Below are positions 10,301-21,672 of a stretch of 64,000 bases of DNA, in pieces. The translations under genes and the position numbers were made by a program. The notes below the pieces were generated by a model. That model made no database searches. It was not told where the DNA came from and saw only the letters and a program-made list of their open reading frames with translations. Position 1 is the stretch's first letter. Each line of letters opens with the position of its first letter. Source of the stretch: Paraphysomonas bandaiensis (Eukaryota; Protista; Chrysophyceae); the NCBI GenBank assembly GCA_965644295.1, contig CBFFRP010000218.1, forward strand, positions 314,535-378,534, read 5' to 3'.

Positions 10301-12015
10301 AGATGTCAACAGAAAACACGAACTCACATTGTCCGTGACGTAGAGGTGATCGGATGACTTGACAGATATACATGCAACTTTGGTTTGCCTCAGTGGGGAT
10401 ATTGACGTAATATACCGACTACGCGTCACACATTTTTCTGCTTTGCTGGCATAGATTGAAGCTTTAGGGAAAATCGAGAAAGGATTAATATGCGTCGCAG
10501 TCATATCGATTTTTACGGTCCACTTGTTGCAGTAACCTGATATACCCAAACTACAATCAATTTTCTCAGCAATGCCACCCAGCGATCTCACAACATCTAA
10601 CACTATATCACAGAAATATTGGCTTTCAGAAGTCAGTAATATATAGAGATGTTGGCCAGAACAGTCTATCTTCCCATTCATATCCAAAATACCCCTCAAT
10701 ATTTTAGTGCGGTGCTCTACACTACCCATTAAATATGGAACGGCAATTGATGGTAGTGGTGGATGTGAAGTAAAATATGGCGACAAAATTTGCTTGAACC
10801 TAGACTGTAGATTGTTCCCCATCACAAGTCTCTCCGTAAGTGTCGAGGTATCGTCCCATACATCGCCCATGATATTTAAAGTGCGCGAGAAGTGCTCCCA
10901 TTCATTCTCATCGACAGTCAACGCAAGTGGTGTGTCGCAATTGACGGCAGAGGAAAGTAGAACGCCAAATGTATATGGGTCCAAGAGAAATGAATTACTG
11001 TCCTGCATAATCTCAAAGTGAACACTCTTGACTGTCGGGATTCTCCATGTCTTTCGGGGTGATGCACAGAGATACTTCTTGGACATGTCATGATACAAAT
11101 AACGCGTACTAAGAACCTGCCATGAATTCTCTCCCTCATCAGCAAGCCATAGATGGTCATCAGACACTTCTACCCCACAGCCATCGTTCATCTGCACCCA
11201 AAACGTCTGTCGGACCCCTCTATGATATACACCTGTCACAGGTGTACCACAACCATTACTTCCAATAACGCGGTCACCAACTTTGATATCCCCCATAGTC
11301 ACCCAACCTACGGGAGTCAGGATACGAGAATCCAGCGGCTGTGCCTTACCCTACAGAATAGTGCACATTCTGAGCAACACAACAGCTACACTACAATACG
11401 CACCATTCCCATTTCATCGGCAAGTATCCCTCCACGCATCTGAGATTGCTCTTGATGAAGCATCCACCCTAATCCCTCTTTTTGATAAGGTAAAAGCGGC
11501 ATTAAAAGATCATCACCAGGATCTATAGGTATATTCCAATCTTTTCGAACAAGCTCATCTGGGTTCAGAGGAACCATATCTTGATCGACTTCATTCTGAC
11601 TTTGCCGCACACGCTGTCTCACAAGGTGCTGTGCTGCAGAGTCTAATTCCGTGAATCCATCAAGACTTTCCGCATTAACAATTCTTTTGTCAAACACTGT
11701 GCATGGAAGATGCTGCCATCTGGTGGAAATACCCCAGTCGCCGTCTACTATAATACCCACGCGAATATCTTTATGAGGAATTTTTGTGCCACATTTTTTG
11801 CATTCTGCTCGACCACTTTTAGCTTCTTCTACGACGTACTCGGGGATGCAAGCTTCAATGTGCTCAGTAGCCCGTGATGCGGGGCGAGATTGCTCGCTTA
11901 CTGTGGTAACTACATCATCGAAATCACTGTCAGAAGAAATCACAATGACTTCTTTGGCTGTATCCTTTTCAATTTTCTTCTTTCCCCTCATTAGTGATGG
12001 TATTATCTTCGCCAC
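7326..12015 (-). CDS. RAD16: RAD16-like SNF2-family helicase / RING E3 ligase with N-terminal PARP-type zinc finger, interrupted by an intein; multi-exon, start uncertain
   Basis: After removing introns and intein: [27 protein letters not shown] (motif I), [26 protein letters not shown] (DEAH), [76 protein letters not shown]-terminus [11 protein letters not shown] (stop ends at 7326). Introns resolved at 11403-11351, 10327-10277 and 10181-10131; several more lie downstream. Confidence 0.93.
10259..11344 (-). mobile_element. Class 3-type (Ala1, W-C-T) intein of ~345 aa with degenerate LAGLIDADG endonuclease, in the RAD16 Walker A motif
   Basis: N-junction GK|[26 protein letters not shown] (block A); block [14 protein letters not shown]; endonuclease remnants [23 protein letters not shown] and DVVRSLGG; block [19 protein letters not shown]; after a 51-nt intron, block G YIVTHN|TIQ. 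Excision restores DEMGMGKTIQ exactly. Confidence 0.95.
10277..10327 (-). other. 51-nt spliceosomal intron inside the intein, between blocks F and G
   Basis: GTGAGT donor at 10327, CAG acceptor ending at 10277, in-frame TAG at 10288-10286. Removal gives the canonical HLYVTDNYIVTHN/T. Confidence 0.88.
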
Positions 12016-12343
12016 TTAAGAGGAGCATGTACGAATATAGAGGTATGAAAAATGACGTCCAGTCTCGCCAGAAGAACAGAATCTGTGCGACTGAATTATC
12101 GCAGTCATAGAGCACATTCTACACATGTCCATGCGCTGTTTTTTTCATGTGGGATGGTATGTACAGTAGAGTAGGTACTGTAGATGCGGGAACAAACTCT
12201 CCTGCACAAAACGCCTATTTCTAAAACACCGGGTTTTATGTATAATCCCGAAACTAAAATGCAATCTCAGCCTTGCGAATTCCAGCCCAACCAAAGAAGC
12301 CATTAACATATCTGGATATCCGAGCGATATCATTACAATAATT

Positions 12344-12724
12344 ATGAATGAAATATTGCATACGAATATTATAACTGAAAATGATCTGGTAAATCTACAG
12401 GCTCAGCTGGATGTCCTTTCAGTAGGACGTGGTGATTGTATAACTGTGGAAGCCTCTGGGCCCAATGGCACTGAAGAATCAGTTTCTTTTATTCGACTGA
12501 CGCCTTATGCTCTAGCGGAGCTTCAGCGTAATGCTACGGATCACCATATCAATAAGATACGAGAATGTCCGCGTTGTCACAATGCTACAATGTTTGTGAG
12601 TGAAAAGTTGAACACCAGTGATGGGAACTGTGGCATTCAGCGTGGGACATTCGTTTGTCCTGATCCCTCTTGTGCTTTGCAACAGTGTCATGATTATGAG
12701 GGCTATGGTGATATTTTTAATTAA
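12344..12724 (+). CDS. Small hypothetical protein with a putative zinc ribbon
   Basis: 126-aa ATG-initiated ORF divergent from RAD16, with CPRC...CPDPSC cysteine pairs. Confidence 0.5.
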   Translation: MNEILHTNIITENDLVNLQAQLDVLSVGRGDCITVEASGPNGTEESVSFIRLTPYALAELQRNATDHHINKIRECPRCHNATMFVSEKLNTSDGNCGIQRGTFVCPDPSCALQQCHDYEGYGDIFN

Positions 12725-13109
12725 CCGTACATTTTCCGGAAATATGGAGAAAATGTTCGAACCATATAGGAAAGAGAACGAGAAGGAAGATAAATATCTA
12801 GTCCGCAACTCGCTGGAGCAGTACCGTGTAGTGGAATGTGTTTGTTTAGAATTAATTGTTGGAAATGTAATAAACTACTGTTAAACCGTGAGTATTGCAC
12901 ATTGTAAATGTAGTATTGCAATACTTAATGGTGCACCTCACATGCATTCGAAAGACTCTGGAGACTAAAGTGTAAAGTATACAACAAGTCGCAATAATGT
13001 CCGTACATCTTCATATCTTCATATTATGACACTCATACCTTCTCTATCATGGTATTCCGTTGCGATCATGAAATACCTCTGCAGTAAGCTTTACCATTTT
13101 ATTTAAATA

Positions 13110-14455
13110 TTACCTTATCCTCATTTTGTCGCTATTTTTGACTTGAATTGGGCTAAACAGAACGCTCATATTAGCACCGGACAAATATAGACATTCAACT
13201 TCAGCATTTGGTTCAATTGAAACTAACGCACTTCTATCCTCATTATGATATTGCCTATCATTTGTTTGTGATTTCATTATATTATACAATTATAGAGAAA
13301 AGAGAAACCTCAATGAGGAGTCAACTATCAAAAGAAGGCCATTAAACACTCCTAATTACCTTCCATCCTATTGGCAGTTTAAATATCGCCACTTTATACT
13401 GAAAAGTTGTGTAAAAATTGCGAAAATCCAATTCTTACGAAGATTGGTGGAAGACTATAATATCCATAGGAGTATCTTACGTAATAATTCATCAAATTAA
13501 TTAGCAATATGAGCGATAAACTGGTACAAGCTATGAACTCTGAATAATGCTAGTAAGCTCCGTTGAAAAAGGTCTTCTCTGTTCTCTGTGAATTACTCAA
13601 ACAAGATACCAGTGGGGCTTCACATTTGCCATGATTGACCGCGACTTGCGATAATGCGAGTTCGGTTCCGACGTGTTTAGTCTAATGCTTTTACGCATGA
13701 ACCGTCGCCTCTGGAATGAAACGACAGTTGAGGGTAGCTATATTGGCAGCTAATGTAGTTTAGAATTAAATAATAGCAATAATTGAAAATGAGATAGCAA
13801 GTAATAATTGTCAATTATATTTGACTAGAACCTGCGCCATATAATTGATATGCAGCCCTGAGTTCTAATGCCACATCTGATGCTGTATGCTGTAGAGGTG
13901 ATTCGGAGCAATGACACCCAACCCTTTCAGGATCGTGCTTGTCAGGATTGTATGTGCATTATCATACACACAGCATTCGAGTCCGTTGCACTAACAGAGG
14001 TTAATCGCATTGTACATAATTGTGATAACGATTCCAATGACAACAACAGGCCTCACATTCATTATCACACTTATGTACGAATTTCAATACCTCGCAGTTG
14101 CTATTTCCTCAGTATTCTTCTGTGGTAGAGGTATATTTGATGTAGCTATTATCGCCTCAAGTTAGTCTAGTCTAAATGTCATTTCCTTTTACAGCTGCAA
14201 CTGATTTGAAGTATTGCTTTGGTTTTTTATTCTTGTTTTCTAATGTTAAATAGGGAACAACTATTTCGTATTACAGCAAGCAAGCTACAATAGGATATTA
14301 GGATTTTAGCATAATAAGGGTAAGCTACAGTTTAACCTGGGTTTAAGGAGTATCATCTTTTGTCTAATTTCAAACATTCGGGCTCTTTGCCCTCGTCTCA
14401 AAAATTTGAGCGGGACGATATAGCCTCCTTATTGCCCGTGGTTAAATATAACTAT
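13110..14455 (+). repeat. Fragmented copy of the ~845-bp repeat family (ends at ~13110-13370 and ~14235-14455) with other repeats between
   Basis: GCTCATAT.AGCACCGG.CAAATATAGACATTCAACTTCA matches 26033 onward. GATATAGCCTCCTTATTGCCCGTGGTTAAATATAACTAT matches 26782-26820. The stretch 13690-13860 matches ~56590-56700 inverted and the MITE end. Confidence 0.75.
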
Positions 14456-15453
14456 TTATACAAGAACGACTATTAGACCCAGGTACGTACTTCGATTTGT
14501 CTTAATGTAGTCTATATTCTACATCAAAAGTCTGAGACACTTATGATAGAACACAGGTTAATGTATTCGAGTAATAGCTTGTATTCGAGTAAAAGAAGTT
14601 GTTGTGTTTTTATACCAACTACAGATACGCAGTAACAAATATTTTATAGAAGCAATGTTGTAAATTTATATTTTTTGTTTCAACAGTGTTCCAGCTTCCT
14701 TATTTACAATTCCTGAGAGAGCTACTAATCTATGTGATTTCGTTTGAACACATCTTTTTGTTGGGAACAAATACTTTACTGCAAATGTAATATTGTAGGG
14801 CTTCTACACATCGGTGAACAGTTTAGGTATATGTAGGTTTCGTCTATTTCCCCGAAGCTGGGGACAGCTATGTTGAATTTTAACTTGAATCATCCCTATC
14901 TATCCTTGATGCTCGCTGTCTGTCTGGATTTATGACTATCTATCTGTAACCTCTTCTTCTTAATCATATTTTATTTCTCTCTGTATCCAAGAAGATTTTG
15001 ATCTATAGGTGTGTCATCATGACGGTGTTTCGCTTTATTGTGCTTGTTGCATGATCATGCCATATTGGGTTAGGATTGATTACTTTACTTGAAATGTAAA
15101 GTTAGTTTAGACGAGAGTGCTTCGAACATGAGCGATATCTCTTCTACTCGGCGTGTATGGTATTCTATGCATGTTGTCGCCTCATATGATGGATTTCGTT
15201 AGAGCAATTTAATTCGTAGTACAACACTATACAGAGGTTATACAGCGGTATTTGATCTCATCTGTATCTGGTTTACCGTATACGTATACACTGCTGTATA
15301 TCACTATTTGGCCGTTGATTTTCGACAAGATGTAAACTCACAATTTAGCAGCTCCGCAAAGCAGCAGTCCTTCTTGTGAAGAATACACGATATTATATCA
15401 AACCATAATTTACGTTGCACTCTCTACTGTTAGTCAAGCATAGGACGTTGGAG

Positions 15454-17160
15454 ATGCTAACGTCAGTGTTTTTTTCGCAGTTTAAAACGTTTTGTTACGA
15501 GTTGGAACACGATTCGAAGAACCTCCGCGGCGATGTTTCACAGCAACAGAAATTTAAAGGTCGACGTTGTGTAGTCTGTAGTATTACGCTAATGTTGTTG
15601 CAATATTTACCAGACTATAAATTTGATGATGCGTTTTTAAGTAAAGTTGTACGCGATATTGAGAGATGTGAACAATCTTTACTAGCCTTACAAGATTCTG
15701 TTCATGGTCAGCAATGCGATCAAAACGGTGTTCAGGCTACAGAGAGTGAGGTAATATCATTATTTTTTGTTTTAAATGGGCAATTACACGTCGATAGATT
15801 AAGAATCATTGTGAGCACTTGCTTGCGGCCAATACTTTCATGATGCATTCGTTGAGGACACATTTGCAGAAGTATGGATACATCGACCATAACCCAGGTA
15901 AGATTCAAATAATGAATTGCAACTCTATTTTATCTTTGTGTGTAGAATTTCAATGTGAGAAAGAAGTCTGTACTTCTGAACCTCCTCACGGACGAAGGTC
16001 TGCAGCGGTAGTTCAAACTGAGGAGTTGGCAAGTACTCCAAACTCCACTAGATCCAATAAGCATTCGTATACACAGTCCAGTAGTACTCCAGTACTTGAC
16101 GCAAGTCTATTTTCATCTGCTACAAGAAATGTGCTTCAACTTCACTCTCTTCGTCAAGGAGATACTCCACCAACTTCAGATCCTGAATATGACGGCATAC
16201 AGGACACATCATCTACTGTTGTGGAATATCTGCAACAAGACTTTTCACCAGGAAGCCATGATCATGAAATTCACAATCAATTTGTTGGAGTCGACACTAG
16301 TGCAGATAGTCCTGTTTTGCCTCGTATCAGAAGCCCTCCACATACTGTTCCTTATGTTTTTCATCCGCCTCAAACTTCTGAGCAACAAAATCAAGATAGC
16401 AATGCCAATATTTCGATTCGTGACCAATGTAACATTGAAGCCAACACATTCTATGCATGCAACTCGCCGTGCAGCCCACTCTCGTCTAATCCTAGTACAC
16501 CAGAGTTATCGCCTAGTGCCCTTTGTACAACAACATTGAAAAAAGTGCTATATTTGCCTGACTCACTGCCGACATCAACAACTCCGACTGCGAGGGGTCA
16601 TCATAGCTCATGCGCAGAAATTGACAAAGAAACTATATCTTTTGACGACTCTGATGGATCTGATTTTGAAGACCACGATAAATCAATTATAGCGTCACTT
16701 GATTGCTTCTCCCCACCAAAGACCTCTAAGCTTCTGCAACCAAGGGAAGCGAGAAGTCGTGTGTCGGATAACACAGAAACAGGATGGATTCCACTTGTAT
16801 CACAAGAAGAGTGGAACGATGCTCCTTCTTTTCTAAAGCTCCAGGTTTGGATGAAATATTTACAACTCTAAATGAAATTTATTTTGTATTTAACTCAAGG
16901 TATCGGCCGATGCGCTGAATGGCGCATTATGTGAGTTAAACAAGCATATCGATGCAACCACCGAATCAGAAGGATCAAGTTCGCATCGCAAGCGGCATCT
17001 AGAAAGTTTTTCGCAAGAAGAGCTTGAACAGATTGTGGATACACATCATATTAGAAACACACCAATGCGAGTGGTCGTCCTCGGGCTTGTCCATTTAAAA
17101 CGACTTGATATTTGTACAGAAAATTCAATAAAAGTTTACAGAGTGCGCAGATTTTACTAA
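15454..17160 (+). CDS. Spindle and kinetochore-associated protein 3 (SKA3)-like, multi-exon
   Basis: N-terminal helical region ending HSLRTHLQKYGY, a long S/T/P-rich linker, and a C-terminal domain WIPLVSQEEWNDAPSFLKLQ|VSADALNGALCELN...VLGLVHLKRLDI...KVYRV* that resembles plant/protist SKA3. Assignment is by recalled similarity. Confidence 0.55.
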
Positions 17161-17412
17161 GTCGGAATAGTGTTCATTAATCTAATACACGCACAAATAA
17201 TCTATAATGTATACTATTTGATGAGAACAATTCGTTTTCCGAATTGTTTTGGAGCCCAAGGAAGAATAGTATTTCGATCAAAATAGTACTTCCAAACTTA
17301 TTTTCTAAAGAGTACTTGTTTTTTGCAGTGCACAATTACTTTGTAATTGCTTTGTGGGTAGGCCTCTAATTTATGATGGAAGTTTCCACCGCATTATAGC
17401 ACTGCAGTATAC

Positions 17413-18195
17413 CAGGGCCTACGCTCAGGTGTCATAATCAACTTTGCACGAATACAGATCCTCTCAACAACAACATTAGATTGTGCTTTGATATGAAGCA
17501 AGCAGCGGTAGCTTGACTCATTGGTACCAAGTCGGCACTGTCCAGAACACCCTGTGCAAAATCAGCGCCCGCACTTTTGTCGTGATTGCTGTCGAATGAG
17601 AGCAAACTGGCATTCTTAAACGTCTTTAGATCTTTTATCAAGGAATGCCAATTTGTTCGCTCAGTGTCAGAAGACGAAGGAAGGTGACTCAGTTTTCTTG
17701 CAAATTCACTCGGAAAATGACTCTGTACATTACACTGTCATCAACTCTTTTTGACCATCATCGTATTGCTTAATATATGGTATAAATACAGAGTATAATT
17801 ATTTTGTCTAGTTGTGAGTTGTGTACTGTAGCTTCTTTCAACTTTGGAAAAAAGGATACTTTTATGAATGTTTGTTTCTATAGGTGATATATGCATATTT
17901 TCAATGCCTTTTTAGAGTTTTTGAGTATGAGTACGTTGCAATATGTTGTTGCTCAGGAATCTATTTTCTAACTCATATATCATTAAGTTTACCGCTAATA
18001 ATCAATAAAGTTTCCACAAACTAGGTATAGAGTTGCATGAGCATTGTATTGTCCAGATTTCACTTAGTTCTATATATAGCGTAATATATCAAGTGCCAGT
18101 ACACTCTATTAACGGGATGCCATTAATGGTCCATTAATTGTAGTCCAGTTCCCAGCAATTATAATGGCATTACCATTAACGGTTCTCAGGCCCTG
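17413..18195. mobile_element. Non-autonomous hAT-like (or P-like) DNA element, 783 bp
   Basis: 8-bp inverted termini CAGGGCCT / AGGCCCTG flanked by a perfect 8-bp direct repeat CAGTATAC (17405-17412 and 18196-18203). Confidence 0.75.
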
Positions 18196-18466
18196 CAGTA
18201 TACAGTATACTGGTTGGATCACATTCAAAGAATGGCTAATTTGCTTTAACTACGTAGTACTATCAAGCTCCCAAAATATAGAAGCCAATAAGTACTATTT
18301 GCTGTTGAAAAGTGGATAACTTGTGCATAAGATATAAGATAGTGTGTGAAGTGTGAAGTAGAGAAAAAAGTATTTAAATTTATTTGAATGCCAGTTGTAC
18401 TCTGTAGATATTTAAAAAAAATTATATTTAATAAAATTTATTGTCTTAGTCATCGTACAGTATCAG

Positions 18467-19141
18467 TTATTGGCATTCTCCACTTGTTTTATTGTCATTG
18501 GTTTCACTAGTCTGTGTACAACTACTTTCATCCGTATGCTCAAACTTGCAGGAACTACCACGGTGACAATTTCCTCGCAGCCACGAGTAGCATATGTTGC
18601 TTCGTTTCATCATCGCTTCTTGTACAGCTCTCCACTCACCTATTGACTGATTTGCGGAGGGTATTTCGGTGTCGGGATAGATAACTGCAATATATCTTTC
18701 ACCACTTCTCATATCACCCAGTTTTTCCGAAGACTCAATTAACAAATCGTTTACCTCTAATAACTGTCCACCAACTGGAGTCCGCATCTCCAATACATTA
18801 CCATCAGGCAGAGTCGCTTCACACACCACAGTATCAGCTTTGATTTTCCTGGCACCTTTTTTCCTCCGCCCCGACATCGTCTCCACGCCAATGGGGAACT
18901 TCAAACAGGATGCAACGAGCGGGTTCCCGTAAAACAGAACGCAAATGCCATTCTTCATAACCATAGCATCCAAATATGCATCATCATCAACACAAAGCTT
19001 ATGAGTAAAGTGCCTCTCATAGTATCCCATTCCGCCACTAATAGACACAACAGAAACATTGCAAGAAATATTCGGCTTTTTTGCAAGTGAGCTAAGCACT
19101 TCGCTTCGATCGAAATGAATACGCTTTCGTTTCTTTCCCAT
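18467..19141 (-). CDS. ABITRAM/Simiate (FAM206A)-like protein with C-terminal CCCH zinc finger
   Basis: SGRRKKGARKI..VVCE..MRTPVGGQLLEVND..YIAVI matches the glycine-cleavage-H-like Simiate pattern. CYSWLRGNCHRGSSCKFEH is a C-x7-C-x5-C-x3-H finger. Confidence 0.75.
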   Translation of the reverse strand: MGKKRKRIHFDRSEVLSSLAKKPNISCNVSVVSISGGMGYYERHFTHKLCVDDDAYLDAMVMKNGICVLFYGNPLVASCLKFPIGVETMSGRRKKGARKIKADTVVCEATLPDGNVLEMRTPVGGQLLEVNDLLIESSEKLGDMRSGERYIAVIYPDTEIPSANQSIGEWRAVQEAMMKRSNICYSWLRGNCHRGSSCKFEHTDESSCTQTSETNDNKTSGECQ

Positions 19142-21109
19142 TTTAGAAGATGAATAAAACTATGTGCCAAGGTTGTGGCTGGGCCTTAATATATTGACAT
19201 GTTTACAGGGTTTGGCATGAACTGAGACGACTGCCTTTTTTGTCAACACTCTTTGCGGAGGTGAGGATGTCTATGTCTATGTCTATGGCTATGTGCACAC
19301 GTTCTATGGCTATGGATCATGTCCAGCATCAGTTCAAAAAAGGGAAAATTTCACTTTTTACTGAAAAAACTGCTATTTTCATCATTGAATCTATAGTACA
19401 CATACCTGTACACAACCGTATCCAGCAGGAGTGGAATTCACCCATACATAAAATATCCAGATATAACAAGCATTGTATAGGAGCCTCGTCACCATATACT
19501 TGTCATGATATATCGTTGATACTTAGCTTTGGCGACGCAAATACAGAACAATGACTGGAAACAACTCTAGTAACGTTATTTCTGCTCTCAGGGAGAGTTT
19601 ATTTCAGTGGGTTTTCTGAGCTGAGTTAGCGAATTATACAACATGAGTTACTATTAAATCATCATGAAACGATGAATACAAAGGCCCGGGACTCCTACAT
19701 GGAGTGCGACACATAACCGTTAGATTAAATTCCTTTTGAAATTCACTTTTACGTTTTGATAAATAGTGTTTTCTGTGTCTCTAAGCACTCTTCTTTCACA
19801 AATGAGATTTACCACGTGATGTGGTGTCTGTCAGCATAAGTTTCTCTTGTAAGGTGTGGAGTTTTTTGTATGCTCGTTTTAATCAAATGCGTTGTATTTT
19901 ATTAATCATTTCGACTTTCTTGATGAAAGTCCTGATATCAAAGCTCTATCCCGTATTCGGATAGTTTAACTGCTTTTCGCATATTATTGAGGATAGCGTA
20001 CGACAATCATTTTACACTATTGTACCCAGGTGGAGTAGGGTTACTATGACCTGTTATTGTGATGTTGAATATTGCTGAAATTGCACATTTCAACTGCGTA
20101 CACACTGATGAAAGCCGTATATTCATGAAACCAATACGTCACCCACCGTGAACACGAATAGCACTCCAAGAACTGATTTTGCGGAATGTCGCAGCTCATC
20201 GTGAAGGTGGGATTTGCCGTATGCTATCTACTCACACACAATACCCCAATAATTATCCTTGTGGAGCGTGACGACTCAACTCTCACGGCTAGATTATATT
20301 AGTCAATCGAAAACTTCGTAGATTCAACAAAGCAATATATATCGTAGTATTGCCTTGATAACACTCAGTTTAGTATTGCCTGCACCTAATAACACAATAT
20401 GTAGATGGAAAGGACTTATTGTTGGCGAAATGTGCTTTATACCGTATACCATTTTCTTGAATCGTCACCTCTGGGATGAAATGGCAGTTTGAGCAAGCTA
20501 TGTTGACAGCAGCCTCGACAGCCCACCTCTGCAACTGCTCACCCAGATGCAGTTGACTACTAAAGAGCACACCCAAATGGCGACACCCGTTTTTAAATAC
20601 TCCGCGGACACCAAAAACCCAATATCACCAACGACGTCTCTCAAAGGGGGGTATTAATGTATAGCTATATACGTTCGCAGTGTACTTGCAATTAATTGCA
20701 ATAACTGAAATTGGGACAACCTGCGTCAATTACATATTGACAATTAGTTGTTAACCAACCCTGACAGGTATGCACTGTAGTCATTTTAGCAGAGGTGTAT
20801 GTATATGTATATACTATTTCTACACTTCCATGAATGCACCGATGATATCATGCAAATCATATTCAGCTGGGCTGTGATATATCACTTATCGCTTTGTGTG
20901 AAAAAGCGAACGCAATAATTATCCCTGTGGCCTCTCTCATACTATGTGCTTCTGTAGGAAACCTAATGATGATCAAATGCGTACATATACTTCTTGTGAT
21001 GTATAATATAAAAGTAGGCTGATTTTTTAGAATATCTATGTTTGAAGAAGGACGCATTCTTTTGAATAAATAACACTATATCCTGTTTGAGTAAATTTAC
21101 TATGCACAA

Positions 21110-21250
21110 CTAAGGTTTTGAAGCCTAAGATCACTGAAAAGATAGTGTATGTGCTTGTTTATCGAAACAATAAAACAGAATGTTTATCGAAACTTATCAA
21201 CAGTCAGAAATACAAGCTCCCACGTATTCCGCAAATCTAAGCTCCCAAGG
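21110..21250 (+). repeat. Dispersed repeat, second copy at ~57110-57255
   Basis: Shared CCTAAGATCACTGAAAAGATA..TTGTTT.TCGAAACAA.AAAACAGAA..CAAGCTCCC..GCTCCCAA. Confidence 0.75.
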
Positions 21251-21672
21251 GATAGATGGGCTAACTAGCTACCCAGAAATTTGATAATGTGGAAGGATTT
21301 ATCACGTAAAATGCAGAAGTTTATTATCCCCTTTGTCAACAATGACCAATGACCCCGTTACCGTCCTGATAAACAAATGTCTTTATAAATGCATAGCCAG
21401 TACCTTAGTTATTTCTTTGAGATATTGTTGCAAGTGTGAACCAACTCTTTTTGGAAGATATTTCCAATACTCGAAGCTGTTATACGAAAGAAATGTATTA
21501 AACGAAATATATTAGCATAAGTTCGTTAACATAAAATTTCAAAATAACGAAGCGCTGACTAAACCGTGGCAATTTTCAAATACTGCTGTTTAGAGGTTAA
21601 ATTAGTCAGATAATGATCACTGTGAAATAATCTATGAGATATAAGCTACATATCAGTAATTACAGCGCCAAA

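Noticed and set aside
10286-11302. ORF 10286..11302 as a stand-alone homing endonuclease gene or bacterial contaminant
   Set aside because: It is in frame with RAD16 exons on both sides through canonical short introns, and its removal restores the Walker A motif exactly.
19990-20665. Possible very old Gypsy 3' remnant (AAAGGGGGG followed by TGT near 20643-20660)
   Set aside because: No convincing protein motif could be read upstream, so it is too degraded to support.
19206-20763. CAGGGTT...AACCCTG as termini of one DNA transposon
   Set aside because: The match is only 7 bp and there is no flanking target-site duplication.
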